Below, one piece after another: positions 25,629-37,945 of a DNA stretch of 64,000 nt. A model generated the notes under the pieces. The model did no database searches and was not told where the DNA came from. It was given only the letters and a program-made list of their open reading frames with translations. A program made the position numbers and the translations under genes. The stretch's first letter is position 1. Every line of letters starts with the position of its first letter. Source of the stretch: Octopus sinensis (lineage: Eukaryota); the NCBI RefSeq assembly GCF_006345805.1, contig NC_042997.1:173104001-173168000 (forward strand), read 5' to 3'.

Positions 25629-25888
25629 GTGATGGTGAATAATAATAACAGGATTTTGTAGGATTTTCCATAAAGATTGATCATTCTTCTGAAGCAAGAA
25701 GACTAGGATATGATTGAAGAGAATATAAAAAAAATAAACAATGACAGAGAGAATTTGCAATGCCATATGATAACAGAATGGATATGAATAAAATTGAGGA
25801 ATATCAGGATCTAACCGCAGACATAGTGAGACTGTGCAAGACAAAGGTAAGAATTATTCCTGTGATAACTGATGTGCTTGGCATGGTT
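25629..25888 (+). mobile_element. Decayed R4/Dong-like LINE, restriction-like endonuclease C-terminus
   Basis: RIL*DFPIKIDH..EARR...FAMPYDNRMD..KIEEYQDL..DIVRLCKTKVRIIPVI..VLGMV follows the pattern KILWDF.IQTD...ARRPD...D.A.P.D...EKI.KYQDL...RLW.....P.V.G.LG. Confidence 0.7.
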
Positions 25889-25914
25889 CTAGGAAAGTTT
25901 GCTTCAGGATTTTT

Positions 25915-26345
25915 GGCTGTAGGAAATTTTGGCGCCAGACAATTTTACCACAAGACAAAAATGAATTGCTCCACAATTGTTTCAATTATTTCAACCAATA
26001 AGAATAGATAAAGCAATTTCTTAACTCATTTAAAATTTCTTTATTCCTTTGAAAAAAATTTTTTGTGTAGCAAAAATGTTTGCGGCAAACTTTCCAGATA
26101 CGATATATATATATGGGTGTTTGTGGCAAACTTTCCAGATATGATATATATATATTGTAAATGGAAAGTTTAATGAATAAAGAAATTTTTAATGAGTTAA
26201 GAAATTATTTTACTCCTTCTTATTGGTTGAAACAATTATATATCAAGGAGAGCAATTTATATTTTGTCTTTTGGCAAAAATCTCAGCCAAAAATCTCAAG
26301 GTGAATTTTCTTGCAGCAACAATGTTTGCGGCAAACTTTCAGGGT
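25915..26345. mobile_element. Diverged fold-back/MITE-like element
   Basis: Imperfect inverted arms ~25950-26046 and ~26175-26272; tgtttg(c/t)ggcaaactttc occurs three times. Confidence 0.55.
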
Positions 26346-26832
26346 ATGACATGGCACAACACCCAAACTTGTACATATGGGGTTTAAAGGATATTGGAGT
26401 TGAAACATTGTCAAGTGGGAGTAAAATACCATCCTGTACTCAGCAGGAATTTTAAGAAAGATTCTCGAGATAAGAGATCTGTTGTCACTAAACCAAAAGA
26501 CTACATCCCACTGAACTAAAGTAGCATGTAATAGCTTTAATTAATAAAAATCCTTTCTACTATAAAGCACAAAGCCTGAAATTTTGCAGGAGGGTCTAGT
26601 CAATTACATTGCAACCCCAGTGCTCGAAAGGCAAAGTCAATCTCAGCAGCATGTGAACTCAGGAAATAAAGATGCTTTATGATTTCTACTACAAGCATAA
26701 GGCATGAAGTTTCAGGAGAGGGAGGCTAGTCAGTTATATCAACTGCAGTACTCAACTGGCACTTATCTGCCAGCTCACCACCTTAGCAACAACAATGATG
26801 ATGGTAATTGTAACCATACTTATACTCTCTCT

Positions 26833-27308
26833 CTTTTTACTTGTTTCAATCATTTGACTGTGGCCATGCTGGAGCACCACCTTTAGTCGAGCAAATCGAC
26901 CCCCAGGACGTATTCTTTGTAAGCCTAGTACTTATTCTATCGGTCTCTTTTGCCAAACTGCTAAGTTACAGGGACGTAAATACACCAGCATTGGTTGTCA
27001 AGCAATGTTGGGGGGACAAACACACACACACACATATATATATATATACACATCATCATCGTTTAGCGTCCGCTTTCCATGCTAGCATGGGTTGGACGGG
27101 TCAACTGGGGTCTGTGAAGCTGGAAGGCTTCGTCAGGCCCAGTCAGATCTGGCAGTGTTTCTACGGCTGGATGCCCTTCCTAACGCCAACCACTCCGCGA
27201 GTGTAGTGGGTGTTTTTTACGTGCCACCTGCACAGGTGCCAGACAGAGCTGGCGAACGGATGGTGCTTTTACGTGTCACCGGCACGGGGTCAGGCGATGC
27301 TGATATAT

Positions 27309-27349
<41 letters not shown>

Positions 27350-27358
27350 TATATACAC

Positions 27359-27433
<75 letters not shown>

Positions 27434-27587
27434 CACACACACCACACACACACACATATATATATATACACACACACACACACATTATATACACACACAC
27501 ACACACATATATACACACATATATATACACACACACACACACACACATATATACACACACACACACACACACATATATACACACACA

Positions 27588-27630
<43 letters not shown>

Positions 27631-27803
27631 TACATATACATGACGGGTTTCTTTCAGTTTCCATCTACCAAATCCACTCACAAGGCTTTGGTCGGCCCGA
27701 GGCTATAGAAGAAGACACTTGCCCAAGGTGCCATGCAGTGGTGCTGAACCCAGAACCATGTGGTTGGTAAGCAAGCTACTTACCACACAGCCACCCCTGC
27801 GCC
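26833..27803 (-). mobile_element. SINE family A split by a nested family C copy and expanded (CA/TA)n
   Basis: A tail 26833-27030, family C 27051-27300, compound microsatellite 27303-27640, A head 27641-27803. Confidence 0.88.
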
Positions 27804-28041
27804 TATATGGAACAATATAAAAGTGAGCATGTGTGTGAGTCTGGAAAGAAGGTGCAATCGTTTAACTGAGAAAACATATCAACAAAAATTTAAATTAGTA
27901 AGTAGCCTTCAGATCATATTTGTCATCTGTGAAGCAGACGTTTTGGCTGCACATTGCATGGCAACTCTTTTATCTATGTATGGATGATATCATGTTAATA
28001 GTGTTTAACTCCAGGCCAGCTTTGACAGGTTAGACTTGTAA

Positions 28042-28533
28042 TTAACCCTTTAGCATTTAAACCAGCCACATTGAGCCAAAATATTTTGCCTTCTTTACAT
28101 TCAAATTGGTTAAATATGGCTCTACACACCTACTCGACAATGTTATTCTAAAACTAAACTAACTACATAAAGATCTCTAAGCTACAAGATAATTCATGAT
28201 ACATTCAAAACAATGTGAATAAATAAACATTACATTTAACAGAGTGGAAGCACGTGATTTAGTGGTTAGGGTGTCAGCATTATAATCGTAAAATTGTGGT
28301 TTTTATTCCTGGACTGGGTGATGTGTTGTGTTCTTGAGCAAAACACTTCATTTCCCGTTGCTCCAGTCCACTCAGCTGGCAAAAATGAGTAACACTGCGA
28401 TGGACTGGCGTCCTGTCCAGCTGGGGGACACATATGCCATAGAAACCGGGCCCATGAGCCTGGCTAGGCTTTAAAAGGGCGCATTTATTTATTTTATTTT
28501 ACATTTAACAGAATAATCTGTTAAAAGGGTTAA
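28042..28533 (+). mobile_element. piggyBac-like MITE (second family) interrupted by a SINE
   Basis: TTAA-CCCTTTAGCA...AAAAGGG-TTAA termini; related copies at 34952-35161 and 61212-61441. Confidence 0.8.
28244..28498 (+). mobile_element. SINE family E (tRNA head, Meta-domain-like body) with 14-bp TSD
   Basis: TSD ttacatttaacaga at 28230-28243 and 28499-28512; body ctgcgatggactggcgtcctgtccag...gaaaccggg. The Meta-domain label is from recollection. Confidence 0.8.
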
Positions 28534-29917
28534 AGGCATTCCAGTTATGACCATCTCTTCTTTCTCTAATGTGTATGAAACTGAGGACCGTTGTAACCAC
28601 CGTTTCTTTTTTGTAAGATGATGGGGTGTGAAGAGTTTGCGGTTGCTATGCATGGTGCATGTGGAAAAAAGAGATATAGACAGTGAGGAAAGAGATGCAC
28701 AAAGAGAAAGAGGGGAGAAAATAATAGAAGTAGAGGAAGAGAGAGAGAGAGAAAGAGAAAGGTCATAGAATGATTGTTATGGAAAGAGTAAAACAGAGAT
28801 GAATTTAATAAAAGACAGAGAGAAAGCTAGATACTGAGAGAAATTGAGTGTAAAATAAAAACTCTGGAATTAGTAAGACAAAAGATCTTATTCCCTTCAT
28901 CAATCCTGAGTTCAAACCCAGCTGAGAATGAACAACTTTATAATATTCTCCATGTGCCGTCATCATCTAATGTCTCTCTCTTAAAGTTACTGGTATCACT
29001 TGAGTGTTTTGCAGCTGTAGAATTCTGTGCTGCTAAGCCACTACCTCAATTACATTAGTAATCCTCCTTTTCTTCCTTTGGATCACAATGAAGACGCACT
29101 ACAGAAGTAGATCTGAGATATTAAGAAGTTCTGTGTGGTGGATATATTAAACACTATTGTTTCCACAGACAACTTACGATGATTGGCTGAGAGGAATGAC
29201 AAGAAGTGACAAGAGGGAGAGTATGAGTAGTAATAATGCATGAGGTTATGTGTGTATGTGTGTGTGAGAAAGAGAGAGAGGGAGAGGGAGAGAGAGAACC
29301 TCTCTATTTGCAAGATGTAGGCTTGCTTGCAAAGCAGCGATGTGGGATTCTTGCCAATTCTAAAGGGATTAGCATTCTCATTAATAAGAGCACAAGACAG
29401 CACAGAAATGTGACTAATAATTAGAGGAGGACAACAACAAAATCAACAACAATAACAAGCAAAGCTGCAGGCTCAAGTGGGCTTCACTACAGCAAAAATA
29501 AGAAATGTTTCTCAGTAAAGACCGCACTCACAGACTTACATCTCTCTAGTAGCTTTATCTCAGTAATAAGAACAGCTGTGTCAAAGCCGGCTCTTCATAA
29601 ACCTTCACTCAACCCCCATATTAATAAGATTTAGAAAAGACTACACAGAAAGTAGCCAAAGAGAAAGAGATAATGCTGTAATAAATGAATAAATAAATTA
29701 ATAAGAATAGTAATTCTAATTTTGGCACAAAGCCAACAGTTTTAAGGGGAACGGGAACATTGAGTACATCAACTCCAGCAGAATCTGACCAGTACTTTAT
29801 TTTATGAACCCCAAAATGATTAAAGGTAAGATTTGCCTCAGTGCAACTGGAGCTCATAATGGAAAGAATGAAATGAAATGAAATGCCACCAAGCATTTTG
29901 TCCAATGTCCAGCTCGT

Positions 29918-30375
29918 TCATCATCATCATCATCATCATCATCATTTAGCGTCCGTTTTCCATGCTAGCATGGGTTGGACGGTTCAACTGGGGTCTGGGG
30001 AGCCCGAAGGCTGCACCAGGCCAGTCAGATCTGGCAGTGTTTCTACAGCTGGATGCCCTTCCTAACGCCAACCACTCCGAGAGTGTAGTGGGTGATTTTA
30101 TGTGCCACCGACACAGGTGCCAGACGAGGCTGGCGAACGGCCACGCTCGGATGGTGTTTTTATGTGCCACCGACACAGGTGCCAGACGAGGCTGGCAGAC
30201 GGCCACGCTCGGATGGTGTTTTTATGTGCCACCGACACAGGTGCCAGATGAGGCTGGCGGACGGCCACGATCGGATGGTGTTTGTTACGTCCCCAAAGCA
30301 CGGAGGCCAGTCTATGCGGTACTGGCTACGGCCACGTTCGGATGATTTTCTTGTGAGCCACCGGCACTGGTACCA
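29918..30375 (-). mobile_element. SINE family C with internal 62-bp tandem array
   Basis: tgtgccaccgacacaggtgccaga starts at 30101, 30163 and 30225, plus two diverged units. Confidence 0.9.
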
Positions 30376-30401
30376 CAATAATAATAATAATAATAATAAC
30401 A

Positions 30402-30616
30402 ATCCTTTCTACAAAAGGCAGAAGGCCTGAAATTTTGGGGTGGGGGCTAGTCAATTATATTGACCCCAGTGCTTGACTGATTACACATTTCATCAACCCC
30501 AAAAGGATGAAAGGCAAAGTCAGCCTCAGCGGAATTTGAACTCAGAATGTAAAGATGAATGAAATGCCACTACGAATTTTGCCCAGCATGCTTACAATTC
30601 TGCCAGCTCACTGCCT
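30402..30616 (-). mobile_element. SINE family B
   Basis: (aat)n atcctttctac...ggatgaaaggcaaagtc.gcctcagcggaatttgaactcaga...ttctgccagctc. Confidence 0.85.
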
Positions 30617-30641
30617 TAATAATAATAATAATAATAATAAT

Positions 30642-30840
30642 TTTGCTTTTGGATTTGGTTTGCAAGATTCTTTATATGAGTTCGTGTGTTGAAGCATATT
30701 CTGTTGTGTCTGGGGAGAGTCATTCTCTTTTTGTGCCTTATTATTTAACACACTCACCGGTAAAATTAAAAATAAGAAATACCGGTGAGTGTGTTAAATA
30801 ATAAGGCATTAAAAGAGAATGACTCTCCCCAGACACAACA

Positions 30841-30845
<5 letters not shown>
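30642..30845. mobile_element. Interspersed repeat folded back on itself (66-bp arms)
   Basis: 30697-30762 versus 30780-30845, 2 mismatches, 17-nt spacer. Confidence 0.8.
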
Positions 30846-30877
<32 letters not shown>

Positions 30878-31082
30878 CAGTAATGGGTCAGTTTCAAGGC
30901 AAGGTCCCTGAATGGCTGCAGTCCAGTGACTAAAACAAGTATAAGATAAACAATAAATTAATGCAACAATAAACTGATTAATCCAATGCTGAGGTTTCAC
31001 TCCATTGCTATGCTGGAGTTTCTCATTTCCGTTCTTTGTTTTCCACCACACACTCGCACACACATAGACATAAGAGGGGGTG

Positions 31083-31113
<31 letters not shown>

Positions 31114-31752
31114 CAGACAGACAGCAAAAATAGCAATTTAGATTAAACAAACTGTGACATATACTGCTCCATTTCTTTTCATCGCCACCAAGTAAGTAGA
31201 ATCAAAAGACAACGAGAAGCATAAGTTAATAATAACAATAATATTCTGCACTAAAACGATGATGGAACAAAAGTTTAATAAATTATCAAAAAGGCATTAA
31301 AATAATATCATTAGACAAGCTAAAGTAACCTTTTATCATCAAACTATAAAAAGTATCAAGTCTTCTCTGTACAGAACCAGATTGCGTACGTACAGTAGAA
31401 CCTTGTGTTGACCTTTCACAGTAAATAGAAGATTCCAAAATTATCTGAATGTGCGTGTGTGTGTGTGTGCATGTGTTGATGCAATTGTGTGCATATGTAT
31501 ACGATTCACGAATACAGAAGTATGGACATGTGGACGTGCATTTCTACATGTAAGTTCAACTATCCGTGTAGTGTGTACGTGCATATGCATTTTATATTTA
31601 TGAATGTGTATGCTTGTGGATATTTGTGTGTGAACATATATATGCATGTATATATCTAGATGTACACGTTTATGTAAATCTGTGTGTGTATATGTTATGA
31701 ACATCCAATATATACTAAGCATGAAACATGAATGTTAAATAATGATGATTGT

Positions 31753-31773
31753 ATATATTACATATGAATAGAT

Positions 31774-31817
<44 letters not shown>

Positions 31818-31840
31818 CATATATATTACATATAATAGAT

Positions 31841-31880
<40 letters not shown>

Positions 31881-31932
31881 CATATATTACATATAATAGA
31901 TATCCAATATATATATATATATATACACATAC

Positions 31933-31965
<33 letters not shown>

Positions 31966-32340
31966 CATACATACATATACATACATACATATACATACAT
32001 ATACATATATATATATATATATTATATATATATATATATATATACATACATATACATACATATATTATATATATATATATACTACATATACATACATATA
32101 CATACATACATATACATACATATACATACATATATATATATATATATACATACATATACATACATATATATATATATATATACACATATACATACATATA
32201 CATATATATATATATACATATACATACATATACATACATATATATACATACATATACATACATATACACATACATATATATATATATATACATACATATA
32301 TATGTATATCTGTATACATGTATATGCATATATCATTTAT
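31753..32340. repeat. Compound (AT)n/(ATAC)n array with higher-order unit
   Basis: tatattacatataatagatatccaat(at)n occurs three times, followed by ATAC-rich repeats. Confidence 0.9.
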
Positions 32341-32704
32341 GTATGCAGCATGTACACTTAGCAAGTATACTAATGTGTTATGTTGTCTACACAGTAAGAC
32401 TTCACGCATCAGTAAATGAGTACTTCCATGAATTTCTCCTCTTCCTTTCCCTCTTTTTATTATTTATGCATTTCACATTAAAACGCAGTACAGTTGCTTT
32501 TGTTGGAGCCAGTTTTTCTTGCAAACGCACATTTCTACTCTGCATGTAACATGCCTATTATAAAGTGTAATAAAAATAAGTATTTCTCCTTACATGTGTG
32601 ATCTGGTCACTGACACTATTTCCACTATTTCTGAAACTGTGTCAATGACCGGGTCACAGATGTAGCACAAAACAGTTTTTCATACATAAAACTATCAAAA
32701 TTAT

Positions 32705-32925
32705 TCTGGCTATAGCACGCGGGGCAAAATGCTCATCAATATTTCGTCTGCCGTTACGTTCTGAGTTCAAATTCTGCCGAGGTCGACTTTACCTTTTAAA
32801 CTTTCAGGGTCGATTAAATATGTACTAGTAAATCACTGGGGTCGATATAATCGACTTAATCTGTTAGTCTGTCCTTGTTTGTCCCCTCTATTTTTATCCC
32901 CCTGTGGGCAATAAAGAAATAAATA
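32705..32925 (+). mobile_element. SINE family B
   Basis: atttcgtctgccgttacgttctgagttcaaattctgccgaggtcgacttt...gtccttgtttgtcccc...aaagaaataa. Confidence 0.85.
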
Positions 32926-33351
32926 CTATTCTGGCTACGGAGGCAGGTGTGTCAGGGTTTGCGGGAAAATCTGCCTATGACCTCATGAACCAGCCCTCAA
33001 TTTCTGGGTTCTTAAGGCAAAGGTAAAAGAGCTGAGAAGAGTTCCACCTGCAGCTTGTCAAAGAGGAATGGAAGTGAACTTCAAAAGGCAAAATTTACCC
33101 TGTAAGTGAACCAACTTCTTCAACTTGAACTACTATAACATCCAAAATACCTTAGATCTGGAGCACCTTAACTATCCAGGAGGGTTACAATGCAGACAAT
33201 AACACAGAATGTAGTAGCAGGAGTCATGACCTGGATGCAGTCTGGCTCCCTTAGGGTTAAGTAGTTAAGGACCATAACACTTGCCTGAAGTGGAAGACCT
33301 TCAGAGAAGAAGACCTGCTGTTCAGCTCTTCCTAGAGTTTTTTACTACTAT

Positions 33352-33625
33352 TTGAGCAAGGTCGTTGCCAGTGCTGCTGGAGTGGCTCCGCTGCAGGTAG
33401 CATGTAAAAAAAAACATCATTTGAGCGTGGTTGTTGCCAGTACCGCCTGACTAGCCCTCGTAAAGGCACCCACTACACTCTCAGAATGGTTGGCGTAAGG
33501 AAGGGCATCCAGCTGTAGAAACTCTGTCAGATCAGATTGGAGCCTGGTGCAGCCATCTGGTTTGCCAGTCCTCAGTGAAATCATCCAACCCATGCCAGCA
33601 TGTTAAGCGATGATGATGATGATGA
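33352..33625 (+). mobile_element. SINE family C subfamily
   Basis: ggttggcgtaaggaagggcatccagctgtagaaac...(gat)n tail with a different tandem head unit. Confidence 0.8.
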
Positions 33626-34951
33626 ACTGTACATCAAGATATGAGTTCAATACTCATCCTTTTAAGAAAGTCAATGACTATCAAGCAAAATCAAAGATAT
33701 AATTGAAATATGTAATGTAATGAGATATGAAATAAAATAGTACTACAAGAACAAAAAATAAAAAATCGAAGAGAATTCTTGATGAAAGCGTTTCATTTGC
33801 AATACTGTTATCTCTGATCAGGTCACTAAGGAACCTCAGCACATAAGAAAAAGGGAGCATCTACGTAATTGCTCAATCTGCTAGAAATAGCAGCCAAATC
33901 TCTCTTAAATTACAGTCCACCATTTTAGAAAACAGTATTGCAGAACATTGGGATAATTTTGCCCCAGGAACAATGCGCATAGGAAAAATACAATAGTCTT
34001 TGATCATAGAGATACTCAGTCAGGGCTAACCCAGGGCTAAACAACAAATGAAATCAATATCTTCTTAAAATTTTTAATTCAACATTTATCAAACAGCTTA
34101 AGAAATAGAATATTTTCACAAAGCATACGTTCACATGTGCTTGACCAGTTGACCTACAATGCCAAATACTTCTGCAGTTGATGATAATATTGCATTCTTT
34201 TGTTCAAAATTAATTTTAAAAAATTCCAGTTGTTGAATAACAAACAACCAATGAATGATTTGTCGACTTTTATAAAAATAAATCACATTACATTAAAATT
34301 TAGAATGCAATCAAATCACCTGCTTCCATTGAAGGGTAGTGTGGAAAGATCAAGAGGGAGGGTAGGAGGATTTCCAAACAGTCAGGTCTATAATTATTTA
34401 AAAGGAACAGTAATCATAACAAATAATTAAACAAATAAAAATTTGAAGTTTGCCAGTAAGGTTTGTGTGTGTTGTGTGGATGGTTCAGTGCAGAGTGAGG
34501 GGAAGGTGTCCGTTAGATAATTAAAAACATCATATTGGAAAAGAGTGGGCTTTTTTTCTTTACTTTTCAAACCAAAAGAACCTGCAAACTGAGAATTATA
34601 TTCCTTTTTGTGTTATGTAACTATTACATATTCATTGTTTGCTTTATGCGATGCAGGGACAGTCAGAGGCCCTTTACAAAATGTTGATTATATGTCTACT
34701 TCAATGCTTTGAATTCCGCCTTCCTCCTACCAACTACTGCAATCCTTTCAACTAATATCACAGATACTTATTTCAGATATATTGCTCCCACCACAAACAT
34801 TTGCTCACACTCCCGTTAGAAAAATTTCTTTTTAATAAATCACTTTAGTAGAGGAGGGCAGGTAGAAGCTGTCCTTATACTGGAGTCCTGGCTCAAATGC
34901 TTACAACAGGGTAAACTTAAAGGTGCACAAACACAAGATGAGGTGGTGGCA

Positions 34952-35161
34952 TTAACCTTTTAGCATTCAGATGTAATTCCTATTTATTCACATTGTTTCG
35001 AATTAATACTGCATTATCTAACAACTTTCAGATTTTGATGATTGTTTGTTTTAAGAATGACATTGTAGGGTAGGTGCAAGAGGCTGGATTTAGTCAGTCT
35101 GAATACAAAACAGTTAAAATACTTGGGCTGGATATGGTCAGCGTAAATGCTAAAAGATGAA
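34952..35161 (-). mobile_element. piggyBac-like MITE (second family)
   Basis: ttaaccttttagcattcagat start; body is the reverse complement of the 28042 and 61212 copies. Confidence 0.7.
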
Positions 35162-35607
35162 ACCAGATGATGGATTAAGTGTGCTGCACAGGAACTTTGA
35201 AAGTGCATTCAGGGGTGAGCTTTGAATTCAGAACACAGAGAATAAAAACCACAAAGTTTTTTGACCTATGGTCTAACAACACAATTTTTCTCTTAAATAT
35301 ATTTATTTATATTATATAGAGGGCATAATTATACATAAATGCCACATGCTAAGAGGGACTGTAACCACATTAATCTCGTTTGCCAAAAATTGCATCTTGG
35401 TCTACCAGTCTCACTACTTTTTATAACTAGGGAGGTGAAGTATGAGAAAAAGCTGCTGTACTAGACTAAAACAAATATCAAGCAGCATTTGCATTGTGGG
35501 TCCAAATTCCTCTTTGGTTCATTTAGCCTTTCATACCTCCTAATTTGATTTGATTAAAACAAGTAGTAATATGATGGAATTAATTAAACTGACTATTCTT
35601 TTATTCT

Positions 35608-35922
35608 TTAACTTGTTTCAGTCATTTGACTGCGGCCATGCTGGAGCACCGCCGCCTTCAGTCGAGCAAATCGATCCTGGGACTTATTCTTTGTAAGCCC
35701 CGCTAAGTGACGGGGACATAAACACACCAGCATCAGTTGTCAAGCAATGCTAGGGGGACAAACACAGACATACAAACACACACACATATATATATATTAT
35801 ATACGACAGGCTTCTTTCAGTTTCCGTCTACCAAATCCACTCACAAGGCATTGGTCGGCCCGAGGCAATAGCAGAAGACACTTGCCCAAGATGCCACGCA
35901 GTAGGACTGAACCCGGAACCAT
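35608..35922 (-). mobile_element. SINE family A
   Basis: Close reverse-complement match to the 55054 copy. Confidence 0.9.
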
Positions 35923-36116
35923 ATATATACTAATTTGCTAAAAAGCAGTGGCATTGATTAAAAGGCAGAATTTGATCTTAACTCCAACATAATATATCTC
36001 CAGAAAACTCCTCTGAAGTGCACAACTTGACTATGATTTTCTTCTTTGCCAACAATAAATTTAAACTAAACGTTGAACAATCGCACTCATTATTTCGTCA
36101 TTCCATTCTGCCTCAG

Positions 36117-36211
36117 ATGGTGAACAAGAAATCCACAACAACAATGAAGCATCTCTTATTAATGTAGCCTTGTTGATTGCATTATCTGCAACAATTTTAA
36201 GTATACATTAA
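36117..36211 (+). CDS. Candidate terminal exon with GPI-signal-like tail
   Basis: Acceptor tttcgtcattccattctgcctcag|, phase 1: (D)GEQEIHNNNEASLINVALLIALSATILSIH*. No supporting upstream exon identified. Confidence 0.25.
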
Positions 36212-36297
36212 TTATAACATTTGATGGCATAGATGATGCACAAGGACATTAGACGTACTCCAATTACAGCAGCACATATCCTTTTCCTTGTTTCTTT

Positions 36298-36494
36298 TTT
36301 TTACATGTTTCAGTCAATTGACTGCGGCCATGCTGGAGCATGGCCTATAGTCGAAGAAAATGACCCTCGGGACTTATCCTTTGTAAGCCTGGTGCTTATT
36401 CTATCAGTTTCTTCTGCCAAACTGCTAAGCTACAGGGATGTAAACACACCCACATAAATATATACATACACAGATACACGTGTGTGTGTATACA

Positions 36495-36528
<34 letters not shown>

Positions 36529-36675
36529 AAACCAGACTTCTTTCAGTTTTTGTCTACCAAATCCACTCATAAGGCTTTGGTTGGCAGAAAATACTTGCCC
36601 AGTGTGCTATGCAACAGGACTGAACCCGGAACCATGTGGTTGGGAAGCAAGCTTCTTACCACACAGCCACACCTG
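36298..36675 (-). mobile_element. SINE family A
   Basis: Family A motifs with an internal (TA)n. Confidence 0.85.
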
Positions 36676-37595
36676 GGTAAGAAAAGAAGTTTTTTAAATC
36701 ATTACAGCTTATGAGAGGCCCAACTTCACATACAGGATTCAGGATGATTTTTTTTGAGACATATTATTGGGAAAAGCTGTTACCCCGCCTACCTCAATGC
36801 ACATTCTTCAATAGAAATTGGGCATGACACCCTTTTCTTCTGGCTAAAATTACTAATGGTTTCTAGAAGAGCTTATAAACAAGAACAATTTTTTTAACAC
36901 TAATCAAATAGATAAAAATTGCAAAAAATATAGGGACCCAACTACAAAATGAAAAATGAGGGAAAAAACAGGAATTTTATTTACTTCTCCATTTATTTTT
37001 TTTTTTAATATCTATAGTAAACTTCATCTTATTTGTTATTTGTTTTGTTCTTTCTTTATTGTGCGAATGTATATCTGTTTCTAATAACTAATAACATTTG
37101 GCAGTTGAGAAACATGTCAGATTATTTACTATGAAGGTTACACAATGTCAAATCTTTCTAACTATACTTTAAATATCGCACAACTTGGCATTGATGAAAA
37201 TTATCAGTTGGCTCAAAATATTAAACTACGCCCCCACCTTACTCTAAATAGGTTAATTTTTCACACTTGTCATTATCAGATATCCAAAATCAGAAACTGA
37301 TCATATACAACAACAAAATAAGTAACAAAAAATTTTTGGGAAAAAAAAAACAAACAAAAAAAACCCCACCAAGCTCTTACTTCTGCACAATCTCCTTTAT
37401 CATAATATAAAACAATAACACAACGGAATATTATGTGTTCCATAACAGTAAGTACTGTTTAAGTAAAAGATATTCGACATAAATCAGCTGGCCAACAGGC
37501 CGGCTAAGTTAGAAGATGTGGAGGAATAAATGCAGCCAACTGAGTGAGCAACTATGCAGTTTTCAGCCCAAAGGCTTTCCTTTATGTCTTATTTC

Positions 37596-37945
37596 TTTTA
37601 CTTGTTTCAGTCATTTGACCGAAGCCATACTGGAGCACTGCCTTTAGTCAAACAAACTGACCCCAGGTCTTATTCTTTGTAAGCCTAGTATTTATTCTAT
37701 CGGTCTCTTTTGCTACGGGGATGTAAACACACCGGCATCGGTTGTCAAGCAATAGTGAGAGGGACAAACACAGATACACAAATACATACATATATATGAT
37801 GAGCTTCTTTCAATTTCTGTCTACCAAATCCACTCACAAGGCTTTGGTCAGCCCGAGGCTATAGTAGAAGACACTTGCCCAAGGTGCCATGCAGTGGGAC
37901 TGAACCTGGAACCATGTCGTTGGGAAGCAACCACTCCTGCGCCTG
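37596..37945 (-). mobile_element. SINE family A
   Basis: Family A motifs through ccactcctgcgcct. Confidence 0.88.

Noticed and set aside
30092-30375. Regular repeats resembling a CRISPR array
   Set aside because: Contiguous 62-bp units without unique spacers, inside a SINE; eukaryotic context and no cas genes.
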